A stretch of 64,000 nucleotides of DNA. It comes from an uncultured Clostridia bacterium. GTDB lineage: Bacteria; Bacillota; Clostridia; Oscillospirales; Ruminococcaceae. The stretch covers positions 4,139 to 68,138 of the forward strand of contig CALBQG010000027.1 in NCBI GenBank assembly GCA_937899435.1. The letters are read 5' to 3'. Shown here piece after piece: positions 29,077 to 39,925 of the stretch (position 1 is its first letter; each line of letters starts with the position of its first letter). Under the pieces are notes generated by a model that made no database searches, had not been told where the DNA came from, and worked only from the letters and a program-made list of their open reading frames with translations. Made by a program: the position numbers and the translations under genes.

Positions 29077-30567
29077 ATGGTTTATTCAAGCACACGAAGC
29101 AATGACGAAAAGGTGACGGCGGCGGAAGCCATTGCCCGCGGTATCGCCGAGGACGGCGGATTGTTTGTCCCCGATGAATTTCCGGAAATCCCCCTTTCCG
29201 AAATCGAGAAAATGTGCGGCATGGATTATGCGCATAAAGTAGCGTTCGTGCTGTCGCGCTTTTTGACGGATTATACCGAAGAGGAATTGCTTGCGGCGGC
29301 GCAAAAGGCATACGGCGGCGGAAAATTTGACGATGAAGAAAAAGTGCCGGTTGTGTCTCTGAACGATCGTACCCATATGCTGGAACTTTGGCATGGTCCG
29401 ACCTCGGCATTTAAGGATATGGCATTGCAGCTGCTGCCGCATTTGCTGACGGCGGCGGTGAAAAAGACCGGGTACCGCGGAAAAACCGTGATCCTGGTGG
29501 CTACCTCCGGCGATACCGGCAAAGCAGCACTGGAAGGGTTCAAAGACGTGGAGGACACGCAGATTCTCGTGTTCTACCCTGTACACGGTGTCAGCCCCAT
29601 GCAAAAACTGCAAATGGCGACACAGGAAGGAAAAAACGTGGCGGTGTGCGCGATCCGCGGCAACTTTGACGACGCGCAAAGCGCTGTCAAGACGTTTTTC
29701 ACCGACGTTTCCTTTGCCCGTCGCCTTGCCGACGGCGGAATGAGGTTTTCCAGCGCCAATTCGATCAACTGGGGACGGCTGGTTCCTCAGATCGTGTACT
29801 ATTTTTCCGCCTATTGCCGCCTGGTTTCCGACGGGAAAATCAAAGCGGGCGACCCGATCAATGTGGTTGTGCCCACCGGAAATTTCGGCAATATTCTGGC
29901 AGCCTACTATGCCAAAAGAATGGGACTTCCCGTACATAAATTTGTTTGTGCGTCCAATCGCAACAATGTGCTGACGGACTTCATCCGCACCGGGGTCTAT
30001 AACCGCAACCGTGCGTTTTACGAGACGACCTCGCCTTCCATGGATATTCTGATTTCCAGTAACCTGGAACGCTTTCTGTATCATGTCTCCGAAGACAAGC
30101 CGCTGGTTTCCCGTTTGATGAAGGAACTGAAAGAAAACGGAACCTATACCGTTCCCGAATCGGTCAAAGCTGCCGTCGAAGCCCTGATGGATGCCGGAGA
30201 CTGCGATGAAAATCAGACAGCGCAGACCATCCGTTCGCTGTTTGAACGGTATCGCTATCTTTGCGATCCGCATACGGCGGTGGCAGTGCACGTGTATGAG
30301 GAGTACGTCCGCCGCACAAAGGACGAAACACCGACCGTGATTGCTTCGACGGCAAGCCCCTATAAATTCCCGCACAGCGTGCTTTCCTGCCTAGAAGCCG
30401 CCGATGCCGCCGACGATTTTGCACAGATTGACGAGCTTTCCGCGCTCACGCACACGGCGGTTCCCGCGAATATCCGCGCGTTGAAAACGAAACCCGTGCG
30501 TTTTGATACGGTGATTGATAAAGAGGAAATGGCAGAATATATTGTCCGTCAACTGAATCTGAGGTGA
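29077..30567 (+). CDS. thrC: Threonine synthase (long form)
   Basis: PTSAFKDMAL PLP-lysine motif, TSGDTG, and SANSINWGRL. Confidence 0.92.
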   Translation: MVYSSTRSNDEKVTAAEAIARGIAEDGGLFVPDEFPEIPLSEIEKMCGMDYAHKVAFVLSRFLTDYTEEELLAAAQKAYGGGKFDDEEKVPVVSLNDRTHMLELWHGPTSAFKDMALQLLPHLLTAAVKKTGYRGKTVILVATSGDTGKAALEGFKDVEDTQILVFYPVHGVSPMQKLQMATQEGKNVAVCAIRGNFDDAQSAVKTFFTDVSFARRLADGGMRFSSANSINWGRLVPQIVYYFSAYCRLVSDGKIKAGDPINVVVPTGNFGNILAAYYAKRMGLPVHKFVCASNRNNVLTDFIRTGVYNRNRAFYETTSPSMDILISSNLERFLYHVSEDKPLVSRLMKELKENGTYTVPESVKAAVEALMDAGDCDENQTAQTIRSLFERYRYLCDPHTAVAVHVYEEYVRRTKDETPTVIASTASPYKFPHSVLSCLEAADAADDFAQIDELSALTHTAVPANIRALKTKPVRFDTVIDKEEMAEYIVRQLNLR

Positions 30568-30569
30568 TT

Positions 30570-31253
30570 ATGAAAATCTTTGCAATCGGAGACCTTCACC
30601 TGTCGCTTTCCACTGATAAACCGATGGACATTTTCGGCGGTTGGGACAATTATGTGGAACGCCTGACGGAGCATTGGAACCGTCTGATCGGCAAGGAAGA
30701 CCTGGTAATTCTTGCAGGGGACACTTCCTGGGGAATGAGCCTTGAGGAGGCGGCGGAAGATTTTCGCTATATTCAGAATCTTCCGGGTGAAAAATATCTG
30801 CTTAAGGGCAACCACGACTATTGGTGGAACACCAAAAAGAAGACCGACGCTTTTTTTGAGGAAAACGGCTTCACTTCGCTGCATATCCTGCAAAATAATG
30901 CGGTGGAAACGGAAAACTATGTCCTTTGCGGCACCAGAGGCTGGCTGTTTGAAACGGGAGAGGCGCATGACACGAAAATCTTGCAGCGCGAGGCAATGCG
31001 GCTGGAGCTGTCGCTGAACAGCATCAGGTCGGAAAAGGAAAAAATCGTGTTTTTGCACTACCCGCCGATTTACGGCGATCAGTGTTCGGCGGAAATCATC
31101 GACGTCATGCAGAAATACGGCGTGAAGCGGTGTTACTACGGGCATATCCATGGAGCGGGCAGAAAATATGCTCTGAACGGAAATTTCGCGGGAATTGAAT
31201 TTCGGTTGATTTCCGCAGACGATTTGGAATTTTGCCCAATACAAATTGTCTGA
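30570..31253 (+). CDS. Metallophosphoesterase
   Basis: GDLHL, GDTSWG, GNHDYW and GHIH motifs. ATG after GAGGTG. Confidence 0.8.
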   Translation: MKIFAIGDLHLSLSTDKPMDIFGGWDNYVERLTEHWNRLIGKEDLVILAGDTSWGMSLEEAAEDFRYIQNLPGEKYLLKGNHDYWWNTKKKTDAFFEENGFTSLHILQNNAVETENYVLCGTRGWLFETGEAHDTKILQREAMRLELSLNSIRSEKEKIVFLHYPPIYGDQCSAEIIDVMQKYGVKRCYYGHIHGAGRKYALNGNFAGIEFRLISADDLEFCPIQIV

Positions 31254-31348
31254 ATATGCAATTTATTGGTGCAAATACACAATGACTTTTTAAACTGTTT
31301 GTGGTATAATTGTAAGGATTAAAAGTTGCCTATTCAGGAGGAAACAAA

Positions 31349-32713
31349 ATGAGTTTAGTATCAAGCAAAAAGACAGACAAAAACCTCGTTGAGATGGAAA
31401 TCAAGGTTGAGCCGCAGGATTTTTCCGCTGCCGTAGAGCGCGCTTACAAAAAGAACGTCAAGAAAATCCAGGTTCCCGGATTCCGTAAGGGCAAGGCACC
31501 GAAGTGGTTGATTGAACAGACATACGGAAAAGAATTCTTTTATGAGGATGCCGTGAACGATGTGTATCCGACGGCATATGCGGAAGCAGTCAAAGAAGCA
31601 GGCATTTCTCCCGTGGATCATCCGGAAGTGGAAATGGTTTCTTTGGACGACAACGGTCTGGTTTTCAAGGCAAAGGTCGTTGTGAAGCCCGAAGTTGAAG
31701 TTTCGGATTATAAAGGCATTAAGGTGGAAAAGAAAGTTGTTCCGGTCACCGATGCGGATGTCGATGCCGAAATTGACAAGAGACGCGAGAGAAACGGCAG
31801 ATTGGTCAATATCGAGGACAGAACCGCGCAGAACGGCGACAATGTGCTGATCGATTTTGAAGGCTTTGTCGATGATAAGGCTTTTGAGGGCGGCAAGGGC
31901 GAGAATTATCCGCTGACCCTCGGCTCCAATCAGTTCATTCCCGGATTTGAGGATCAGATCGTCGGTCATGCCATCGGCGAAGAGTTTGACGTAAAGGTGC
32001 CGTTCCCGGCAGATTACCACGTGCCGGAACTGGCAGGCAAGGACAGCGTGTTCAAGGTGAAGCTGCACGAGATCCGCGTGCGCGAGCTGCCGGAAGCTGA
32101 CGATGAATTTGCAAAAGATGTCAGCGAATTTGATACGCTGGATGAATTAAAAGCCGATATTAAGACCAAAATGACAGAGACAAACGCTCAGGCTGCCGAC
32201 ACCGAAGTGGAGAACAAACTGATCGATACCGTGATCGACAACATGAAAGCCGACATTCCGGAGGTCATGTACGAGCATGCAACCGATGATATGGTTCACG
32301 ACTTCGAACACAGATTGGCTTCTCAGGGCATGAACCTGAAGCTGTACCTGCAATACACCGGTATGGATATGGATGCCCTCAGAAAGCAGTTTGCCGAGCA
32401 GGCACAGAAGCAGGTCAAGATCCGTCTGGCACTGGAAAAGATCGTAGAGCTGGAGAAGATCGAGCCGACCGAAGAGGACTATGACAAAGAGTTCGACAGA
32501 ATGGCAAAGGCTTATCAGATGGAAAAGGACAAGATCAAGGAACTGGTTCCCGTCGAAGAGCTGAAGATGGACATTGCCGTTCAGAAAGCGATCGATCTGA
32601 TCAAAGATTCCGCGGAAATCGTCGAAGAAAAGGCAAAGAAGACGACTGCCAAAAAGACGACCACCGCGAAAAAAGCCCCTGCCAAAAAAGCAAAGACCGA
32701 GGATGCTGAGTAA
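31349..32713 (+). CDS. tig: Trigger factor
   Basis: N-terminal ribosome-binding GFRKGKAP and a central FKBP PPIase domain. It lies upstream of clpP-clpX. The C-terminus carries a Lys/Ala/Thr-rich tail. Confidence 0.95.
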   Translation: MSLVSSKKTDKNLVEMEIKVEPQDFSAAVERAYKKNVKKIQVPGFRKGKAPKWLIEQTYGKEFFYEDAVNDVYPTAYAEAVKEAGISPVDHPEVEMVSLDDNGLVFKAKVVVKPEVEVSDYKGIKVEKKVVPVTDADVDAEIDKRRERNGRLVNIEDRTAQNGDNVLIDFEGFVDDKAFEGGKGENYPLTLGSNQFIPGFEDQIVGHAIGEEFDVKVPFPADYHVPELAGKDSVFKVKLHEIRVRELPEADDEFAKDVSEFDTLDELKADIKTKMTETNAQAADTEVENKLIDTVIDNMKADIPEVMYEHATDDMVHDFEHRLASQGMNLKLYLQYTGMDMDALRKQFAEQAQKQVKIRLALEKIVELEKIEPTEEDYDKEFDRMAKAYQMEKDKIKELVPVEELKMDIAVQKAIDLIKDSAEIVEEKAKKTTAKKTTTAKKAPAKKAKTEDAE

Positions 32714-32780
32714 GTATTAACGACGTAGGCTCAGGTGAAAAAAGCCTGAGCCTGCCTTTCATATACGGAGGTGTTTTTCA

Positions 32781-33362
32781 ATGAGTTTGGTACCAATGGT
32801 AATCGAGCAGACAGGACGCGGCGAAAGATCCTATGACATTTTTTCACGACTTCTGAATGACCGTATCGTCATGCTTTGCGATGAAGTTAACGATGCCACG
32901 GCAAGCCTTGTGGTGGCACAGCTGCTTTATCTGGAAGCGCAGGACAGCGAAAAGGATATCTGCCTGTATATCAACAGCCCCGGCGGATCTGTAACCGCGG
33001 GAATGGCAATTTATGATACCATGCAGTATATCAAACCGGATGTTTCCACGATCTGCATCGGTATGGCGGCATCCATGGGGGCGTTTCTTCTGTCCAGCGG
33101 GGCAAAGGGAAAGCGGCTGGCACTTCCGAACAGCGAAATCATGATTCATCAGCCTCTGGGCGGCGCACAGGGGCAGGCAACCGATATTAAAATTCAGGCA
33201 GAGCATATCCTGAAGATCAAAAAGCGGTTGAACGAACTGCTTGCCGAAAACACCGGCAAACCCATAGAGACAATTGAACAGGACACCGAACGAGACAATT
33301 TCATGTCCGCGCAGGAAGCTATGGAATACGGTCTGGTGGATAAGGTAATTGCCAAGAGATAA
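32781..33362 (+). CDS. clpP: ATP-dependent Clp protease proteolytic subunit
   Basis: [12 protein letters not shown], the GMAASMG catalytic Ser context, and IHQPLGG. Confidence 0.97.
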   Translation: MSLVPMVIEQTGRGERSYDIFSRLLNDRIVMLCDEVNDATASLVVAQLLYLEAQDSEKDICLYINSPGGSVTAGMAIYDTMQYIKPDVSTICIGMAASMGAFLLSSGAKGKRLALPNSEIMIHQPLGGAQGQATDIKIQAEHILKIKKRLNELLAENTGKPIETIEQDTERDNFMSAQEAMEYGLVDKVIAKR

Positions 33363-33373
33363 GGTTGGTGCTT

Positions 33374-34672
33374 ATGGCAAATAATAACGACGAAAGCAAG
33401 ATGTATTGTGCGTTTTGCGGACGCCCGTACAATGCGGTTGACAAACTGATCAAGGGCATGGGCGATATTTATATCTGTAATGATTGCGTGGCGCTTTGCT
33501 CTTCGATTATTTCCGGCGAGGACGACACCGAGCATCGGAACGCACCTTCCCGCAAAAACGGGAAAAGGGAAGAGCCACAGATCAATCTGATGACGCCGAA
33601 GGAACTCAAAGAAGTGCTGGACATGTATGTCATCGGACAGGATCAGGCGAAAACGACGCTGTGTGTCGCGGTGTATAACCACTATAAGCGTGTGCTGCTG
33701 GAAAAAGACGAAAAAGACGACGTCGAACTTCAAAAGAGCAACGTGCTGCTGCTGGGACCGACCGGCGTGGGAAAAACCATGTTGGCGCAGACGCTGGCAA
33801 AGGTGCTGAATGTGCCGTTTGCCATTGCGGATGCCACTACGCTGACGGAAGCCGGTTATGTCGGCGAGGATGTGGAAAATATTCTGCTGAGACTGATTCA
33901 GTCGGCGGATATGGACATTGAAAAAGCGGAAAAGGGAATTATCTATATCGACGAAATCGATAAGATTGCCCGTAAATCCGAAAATCCGTCGATTACCCGT
34001 GATGTCAGCGGCGAAGGTGTGCAGCAGGCATTGCTGAAAATCGTGGAGGGTACGCTGTCGAACGTGCCGGCGACCGGCGGAAGAAAACATCCGCATCAGG
34101 AATTTCTGCATATCGACACGACCAATATTCTGTTCATTTGCGGCGGTGCGTTTGACGGGATTGAGAAAATCATTCAAAAGCGCGTCAAAACGTCATCGAT
34201 CGGATTTGAATCGCAGAATACAGCTCAGGAAAAGACAAACCCCGAGGATCTGATTTCCATGGCGACGCCGCATGATTTGGTGAAATTCGGCTTGATTCCC
34301 GAATTGGTGGGACGTCTGCCGATCATCACGACATTGTCGCCGCTTGATGAAGATATGCTGGTGCGTATTCTGAAGGAACCGAAAAATTCGCTGATCAAAC
34401 AGTATACCAAACTGTTGGCGCTTGATGACGTGGAATTGGTTTTCGAGGATGAGGCGGTTCGTGCGATCGCGCATATGGCGATTGAAAGAAAAACCGGCGC
34501 ACGCGGATTGCGTTCCATCATGGAAGGAATTCTCAATCGGGTGATGTTCGATGTGCCGTCCGATCCCACCATTCTTCGCGTGGTCATCACCAAGAATTGT
34601 GTGGAAAACGGTGCGCAGCCGGAGATTTTCCGAGATGCTTCCGCAAATGCAAAAAAACTGAAAAAACTCTGA
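33374..34672 (+). CDS. clpX: ATP-dependent Clp protease ATP-binding subunit ClpX
   Basis: N-terminal zinc finger CAFCG ... CNDC, Walker A GPTGVGKT, Walker [10 protein letters not shown], and GARGLRS. Confidence 0.97.
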   Translation: MANNNDESKMYCAFCGRPYNAVDKLIKGMGDIYICNDCVALCSSIISGEDDTEHRNAPSRKNGKREEPQINLMTPKELKEVLDMYVIGQDQAKTTLCVAVYNHYKRVLLEKDEKDDVELQKSNVLLLGPTGVGKTMLAQTLAKVLNVPFAIADATTLTEAGYVGEDVENILLRLIQSADMDIEKAEKGIIYIDEIDKIARKSENPSITRDVSGEGVQQALLKIVEGTLSNVPATGGRKHPHQEFLHIDTTNILFICGGAFDGIEKIIQKRVKTSSIGFESQNTAQEKTNPEDLISMATPHDLVKFGLIPELVGRLPIITTLSPLDEDMLVRILKEPKNSLIKQYTKLLALDDVELVFEDEAVRAIAHMAIERKTGARGLRSIMEGILNRVMFDVPSDPTILRVVITKNCVENGAQPEIFRDASANAKKLKKL

Positions 34673-34694
34673 CACAAAGAGTTGTAAGACTTCA

Positions 34695-34729
34695 CAGTCC
34701 GGTAAATGCGGTTTGCCGGACTGCTTTTT
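34695..34729 (+). terminator. Terminator after clpX
   Basis: Stem cagtccgg / ccggactg followed by cttttt. Confidence 0.6.
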
Positions 34730-34752
34730 ACATAGAGATAGGAGGATGCTTG

Positions 34753-37122
34753 ATGAATGTCCGGGTGTTGCCGGTAGTAGCATTGCGGGGACTTGTGATG
34801 TTCCCCGGCACCGTGATGAATTTTGAAGTGGGCAGAGACAAGACAGTGGTAGCGGTGAAAAGTGCCGCGGAAACCGATGGCTTGGTCTTTATGGTGTCCC
34901 AGATTGACGAATACGCCGAAGATTTTCGGTTGGAAAACCTGCACAAGATCGGCGTGATCGCCAAAATCAAACAAACCGTCAAAGGACGCGACGGAATCGT
35001 AAAAGTAGTGGCAGAGGGTATTTGCCGTGCCAATGCCGTGGGATATCAGGATACCGGACGGTATATGCTGGCAGATGTGGAAAAGGCACCGGTGACGAAA
35101 GAAGAACTGACCGAGGTGCAGTCGCAGGCGTACCTGCGCAATATTCAGGCGCTTTTTGACGAAATTCTCGCGCTGGTTCCCCGAATTCCGAAAGAGATTG
35201 TCAAACGGGTACGTGAGGCACAAGATCCGTTTGATCTGGCGGATTATATTGCCGCCAATGTGCTGATGTCGTCCGCCGAAAAGCAGCAATATCTGGACGA
35301 AGATTCTGCGCTGAAACGGCTGGAACTGATCCTGCAATTGCTGGATAAAGAATGTGAGATTGTTGCGCTGGAAATCGATATCAATGAACGCGTGCAGTCG
35401 CAGGTGGATCATAATCGACGCGAATTTTTCCTTCGTGAGCAGCTGAAAACCATTCAGAATGAATTGCAGATGGAAGAAGCGTACGAGGAAGAAGACGGGT
35501 ATGTCGAGAAAATCAAGGCATTGAAGCTGTCTCCGGAGAGCGAGGAAAAACTGCTCAAAGAGGTTAAAAGGCTGGAAAGAATGCCGGAAAGCTCGCAGGA
35601 AGCGGCGTTGATTCAGAATTATCTGGATTGCTGCCTGGATCTTCCGTGGAATACGGAAACCAAGGAGAAAACCGACCTTAAGGCGGCGGAGAAAATTTTG
35701 GATCACGATCACTACGGGCTGGAAAAAGTCAAAAAAAGAATTCTGGAATATCTGGCGGTTCGTCAACTCGGCGGCACGGCATCGGCGCAGATTCTGTGCC
35801 TGGCGGGACCTCCCGGCGTGGGAAAAACGTCGGTGGCGTCGTCAGTGGCGCGGGCAATGGGCAGAACCTATGTGCGTGTGGCTTTGGGCGGCGTGAAGGA
35901 CGAATCGGACATCCGCGGTCATCGGAAAACCTATATCGGTTCCATGCCCGGAAGAATCATGCAGGCGATTGCCCAGGCAAAATGCAAAAACCCGCTGATT
36001 TTGCTGGACGAAGTGGACAAAATGGGCAACGACTATAAGGGCGACCCTTCCTCAGCACTGCTGGAGGTGCTGGATCCCGAACAGAACAAGGAATTTGTGG
36101 ATCATTTCATCGATCTGCCGTTTGATTTGTCCAAGGTGATGTTTATTACGACGGCAAACGATGTAAACGGGATTCCTGCACCGTTGTATGACCGTATGGA
36201 TATTCTGGAACTTCCGAGCTATACGCGGGAGGAAAAATTCCATATTGCCAAACAGCACCTGGTGAAAAAACAGATGACCGCCAATGGCTTGACGGCAAAG
36301 GAAATCCGTTTTACCGATAAAGCGCTGTATATGCTGATCGACAGCTATACGCGGGAAGCGGGCGTGCGTTCTCTGGAAAGACGAATCGCCGATGTCTGCC
36401 GCAAAGTGGCGGTGGAGATGGTCAACGGAAAGACCGAAAAACACGTGATCAACGAAAAAGAACTTCCCGTGCTTCTCGGTCCCGAAAAATACGAACCGGA
36501 GACTGTCGGAAAACGGGATTTGGTCGGCGTGGTTACGGGACTTGCGTGGACGTCCGTGGGCGGAGAGACGCTGGAGGTAGAGGTTGCGGCATTGAAGGGC
36601 ACCGGCAAGCTGGAATTGACGGGATCGCTCGGCGATGTGATGAAAGAGTCGGCGAAAGCGGCAATTACCTGTGTGCGTTCGATCGGTGACCGCTATGGCG
36701 TGCCGGAGGATTTTTATAAGGAAAAGGATATACATATTCATTTCCCCGAAGGCGCCGTGCCGAAGGACGGTCCGTCGGCAGGCATTGCGATTACCACGGC
36801 AATTGTGTCGGCGCTGTCCGGCCGTCCCGTGCGCCACGAGGTGGCAATGACGGGAGAAATTACCCTGACGGGCAGAGTGCTTCCGATCGGAGGTCTGAAG
36901 GAGAAAACCATGGCGGCGTACCGCTACGGAATTCAGACGGTCATTCTTCCCGAAAAGAACAAAAAGGATTTGCAGGAGATTGACGCGACGGTCAAGGAGC
37001 ATCTGAACTTCGTGTTTGCGGATCGCATCGAAACGGTGTTGCAGCACGCGCTGGCAGAACCGCCGAAGTCGAAAAAATTCGAGATGAAGCTGTCGGATAA
37101 AACGCTGACCGCCTGCATATAA
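34753..37122 (+). CDS. lon: ATP-dependent protease Lon (LonA type)
   Basis: N-terminal LON domain (LPVVALRGLVMFPG), Walker A GPPGVGKTS, and the protease Ser context DGPSAGIA. The ATG at 34753 follows GGAGGA. Confidence 0.96.
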   Translation: MNVRVLPVVALRGLVMFPGTVMNFEVGRDKTVVAVKSAAETDGLVFMVSQIDEYAEDFRLENLHKIGVIAKIKQTVKGRDGIVKVVAEGICRANAVGYQDTGRYMLADVEKAPVTKEELTEVQSQAYLRNIQALFDEILALVPRIPKEIVKRVREAQDPFDLADYIAANVLMSSAEKQQYLDEDSALKRLELILQLLDKECEIVALEIDINERVQSQVDHNRREFFLREQLKTIQNELQMEEAYEEEDGYVEKIKALKLSPESEEKLLKEVKRLERMPESSQEAALIQNYLDCCLDLPWNTETKEKTDLKAAEKILDHDHYGLEKVKKRILEYLAVRQLGGTASAQILCLAGPPGVGKTSVASSVARAMGRTYVRVALGGVKDESDIRGHRKTYIGSMPGRIMQAIAQAKCKNPLILLDEVDKMGNDYKGDPSSALLEVLDPEQNKEFVDHFIDLPFDLSKVMFITTANDVNGIPAPLYDRMDILELPSYTREEKFHIAKQHLVKKQMTANGLTAKEIRFTDKALYMLIDSYTREAGVRSLERRIADVCRKVAVEMVNGKTEKHVINEKELPVLLGPEKYEPETVGKRDLVGVVTGLAWTSVGGETLEVEVAALKGTGKLELTGSLGDVMKESAKAAITCVRSIGDRYGVPEDFYKEKDIHIHFPEGAVPKDGPSAGIAITTAIVSALSGRPVRHEVAMTGEITLTGRVLPIGGLKEKTMAAYRYGIQTVILPEKNKKDLQEIDATVKEHLNFVFADRIETVLQHALAEPPKSKKFEMKLSDKTLTACI

Positions 37123-37132
37123 GGAGCGGGAC

Positions 37133-37717
37133 ATGAACTTTCATCAGGTGGAATTTGAAACATCCTATGCGACGGCGGAGACACTTCCGCCGTCCGAATT
37201 TCCGGAAATTGCGTTTGCGGGACGGTCGAACGTCGGAAAATCGTCCATGATCAATCGGGTGTTCGGACGCAAAAACCTTGCGCGCGTCAGCTCAGTACCG
37301 GGAAAAACCGCGATGATCAATTTCTTTAAAGCCGAGAATCTTCGGTTTGTGGATTTGCCCGGCTACGGGTATGCCAAAGTGGCAAAAAGCGAGAAGCTCC
37401 GCTGGGCATCCCTGATCGAAGGGTATTTTGCGGGTGAGCGCGATATTGCGCTGGTCATGCAATTGGTGGATTTTCGTCATCCGCCGACCGCGGACGATCG
37501 GATGATGATTGATTTTCTGATCGAGCACGAATTTCCGTTTGTGATTATTCTGACAAAAGCGGACAAACTTTCCAAACGGGAGCGCGAGGAACGGCTGAAA
37601 GCACTGGCAGAGGAAATTCTGTATGCCGATCAGATCACCATGATTCCGTTTTCTTCGGAAAACGGAGAGGGAGTCGAAGCGGTGCGGGAAATTGTGGAAC
37701 AGTTGGCAGAAGAATAA
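37133..37717 (+). CDS. engB: Ribosome biogenesis GTP-binding protein YsxC/EngB
   Basis: GRSNVGKSS, DLPGYG and TKADK GTPase motifs. Conserved position after lon. Confidence 0.93.
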   Translation: MNFHQVEFETSYATAETLPPSEFPEIAFAGRSNVGKSSMINRVFGRKNLARVSSVPGKTAMINFFKAENLRFVDLPGYGYAKVAKSEKLRWASLIEGYFAGERDIALVMQLVDFRHPPTADDRMMIDFLIEHEFPFVIILTKADKLSKREREERLKALAEEILYADQITMIPFSSENGEGVEAVREIVEQLAEE

Positions 37718-37803
37718 AAAATACAAATAACTGTTTACTTTTAAAAAATAAAGTGCTACAATGATAAAGGAATTGTCGAATGTGAACAATAGGATGGGTT
37801 TTT

Positions 37804-38100
37804 ATGAACAGTAAATTGAAAGATGACAGTAATATCAGTTTTTTGTATCAGGCAATTTTGCTTTTGAAAAACGAGGAAGAGTGCAGCAAATTTTTTGAAG
37901 ACCTCTGCACCGTGCCGGAACTGAAAGCCATGGCACAGCGTCTGACCGTGGCAAAAATGCTCGACGAGCATTATGTGTACAGCGATATTGTGACGCAGAC
38001 CGGCGCCAGCACGGCAACGATCAGCCGTGTCAACCGTTCTTTGAATTACGGAACGGACGGATACGAGGTTATTTTCCAAAGACTTAAGGACGAAAAATGA
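37804..38100 (+). CDS. YerC/YecD family TrpR-related protein
   Basis: The 98-aa protein has a TrpR-like HTH (ELKAMAQRLTVAKML ... GASTATISRVNRSL). Confidence 0.8.
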   Translation: MNSKLKDDSNISFLYQAILLLKNEEECSKFFEDLCTVPELKAMAQRLTVAKMLDEHYVYSDIVTQTGASTATISRVNRSLNYGTDGYEVIFQRLKDEK

Positions 38101-38834
38101 GCCGTTATGCTACGTTTGCCCGTTATTATGATCGGTTGACCCGGAATGTGGATTATCCGAAAATGGCGCGCAAGATAAAAGAATATCTGCAAAAATACCG
38201 CCCGAATTCCGAATTGCTGCTTGATCTGGCGTGCGGAACGGGCAGTCTTTCTGCGGAACTTTCAAAAATCGGGTTTGATGTGATCGGTACGGATGAATCG
38301 TGTGAGATGCTTTCGGAAGCGATCGGCAAAAACGCGGGGCTTGAGAGACCGGTGCTGTTTCTGAATCAGGGAATGCAGGATCTGGATCTGTACGGCACGG
38401 TGGACGCCGCGGTCTGCACGCTGGACAGTATCAATCATGTGACCGATGAGAAAATTCTGAATGATGCGTTCGGAAAGGTTTCCTTGTTTCTCGAACCGGA
38501 CGGTGTGTTCATTTTTGATGTCAATACCCCTTATAAACATGAAAAAATCCTTGCGAACGAGACCTATGTCTACGATTGCGAGGAGGTCTACTGCGTCTGG
38601 CAGAACAGCACAAAAAACGGAGTTACGCAGATCAGCCTCGACTTTTTTGAGTACGAGGACGGCGTGTACTATCGCAGCAGTGAAACATTCTGCGAGGTTG
38701 CCTATTCAGACGAGACAATTGTCCGCCTGCTGGAAAACAACAAAATGACGGTGTGTGCGCGCTTTGACGATTATACCGAAAAGAAGGTCGGCACCACCAC
38801 GCAGCGGGTAGTGTATGTGGCAAGAAAGGGCTGA
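38097..38834 (+). CDS. Class I SAM-dependent methyltransferase
   Basis: LLDLACGTG motif I. Substrate not inferable. Confidence 0.75.
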   Translation: MSRYATFARYYDRLTRNVDYPKMARKIKEYLQKYRPNSELLLDLACGTGSLSAELSKIGFDVIGTDESCEMLSEAIGKNAGLERPVLFLNQGMQDLDLYGTVDAAVCTLDSINHVTDEKILNDAFGKVSLFLEPDGVFIFDVNTPYKHEKILANETYVYDCEEVYCVWQNSTKNGVTQISLDFFEYEDGVYYRSSETFCEVAYSDETIVRLLENNKMTVCARFDDYTEKKVGTTTQRVVYVARKG

Positions 38835-38837
38835 CTT

Positions 38838-39707
38838 ATGGGAAAAACAGTGCGTTATATTTCGGAAGACGGGGCGATTGTGATGGTGGCAGTCGATTCC
38901 ACCGACATCGTGTACCGTGCCGAACAGATTCATAAAACCTCCGCTGTGGTGACGGCGGCGCTGGGACGTCTCTTGACAGCGGCATCACTCATGGGAAGTA
39001 TGCTGAAAGGAAAGGATGATTCGGTGACGCTGAAGCTTGCGGGAGACGGTCCTGCGGGGTCGGTGATTGCGGTGTCGGATTCTTCGGGAAATCCGCGCGG
39101 ATATGTGCAGAATCCCGTGGTGGAGATTCCGTTGAATGCATACGGAAAACTGGACGTTTCGGGTGCTGTCGGCAAAAACGGGTATCTGTATGTCATCCGC
39201 GATCTGGGCTTCGGCGAGCCGTATATCGGGCAGACGCCGATTGTGTCCGGAGAGATTGCCGAGGATATCGCTTCGTATTATGCCAACAGTGAGCAGATTC
39301 CGACCGTATGTGCGCTGGGTGTGTTGGTGGATCGGGATCTGACGGTCAAAAAAGCGGGAGGATATCTGATTCAACTCCTTCCCGGAGCGCCGGAGGAAGA
39401 TATTTCGGCACTGGAGGAGAACATCCGTTCCATTGCGCCGGTGACCGTCATGCTGGATGAAGGAAAGAGCATTGACGACATCTGCCATATTGCCCTGAAG
39501 GGGTTTGAACCGCAGCTTTTGGATGAGTCCATGTCGGAATATCGCTGCAACTGCTCGCGCGACCGTGTGAAACAGGCACTGGTCAGCATCGGCAGAGAAG
39601 AGCTGGAAAAACTCGCACAGGAGCAGGAAGAAACGCAGATCGAATGCCATTTCTGCGACAAAAAGTATGTGTTTTCCAAAGAAGAAATTTTAGATTTGCT
39701 GAAATGA
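38838..39707 (+). CDS. hslO: Redox-regulated chaperone Hsp33
   Basis: C-terminal zinc centre CNCS ... CHFC and family-typical core. Confidence 0.92.
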   Translation: MGKTVRYISEDGAIVMVAVDSTDIVYRAEQIHKTSAVVTAALGRLLTAASLMGSMLKGKDDSVTLKLAGDGPAGSVIAVSDSSGNPRGYVQNPVVEIPLNAYGKLDVSGAVGKNGYLYVIRDLGFGEPYIGQTPIVSGEIAEDIASYYANSEQIPTVCALGVLVDRDLTVKKAGGYLIQLLPGAPEEDISALEENIRSIAPVTVMLDEGKSIDDICHIALKGFEPQLLDESMSEYRCNCSRDRVKQALVSIGREELEKLAQEQEETQIECHFCDKKYVFSKEEILDLLK

Positions 39708-39740
39708 AAAAATCCGGTGAGACATCTCACCGGATTTTTT
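39707..39740. terminator. Bidirectional terminator shared by hslO and the convergent small ORF
   Basis: An 11-bp stem, aatccggtgag / ctcaccggatt, is flanked by an A-run and a T-run. Confidence 0.8.
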
Positions 39741-39753
39741 CGCAAAAGCAACT

Positions 39754-39897
39754 TTAGAAATTGTTGTTGTTCTCTTTTTGGTTCTGGGAATTCTGGTGCT
39801 GCTTGTTCTGGCTGTTGTTCTGTTTCTGGTTGTTGCTCTGATTGTTCTGATTGTTGTTCTGGCAATTGTTCTGGTTCTGATTTTTTTCGTTGTTCAT
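39754..39897 (-). CDS. Small Asn/Gln-rich protein (47 aa), candidate spore-associated protein; not in the ORF track
   Basis: My translation is MNNEKNQNQNNCQNNNQNNQSNNQKQNNSQNKQHQNSQNQKENNNNF. GAGGTG lies 6 nt upstream of the ATG. The stop is followed by the bidirectional terminator, and a sigma-G-like promoter lies upstream. Confidence 0.5.
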   Translation of the reverse strand: MNNEKNQNQNNCQNNNQNNQSNNQKQNNSQNKQHQNSQNQKENNNNF

Positions 39898-39925
39898 GGT
39901 TTTCACCTCTTTCCTTTGACATTAG

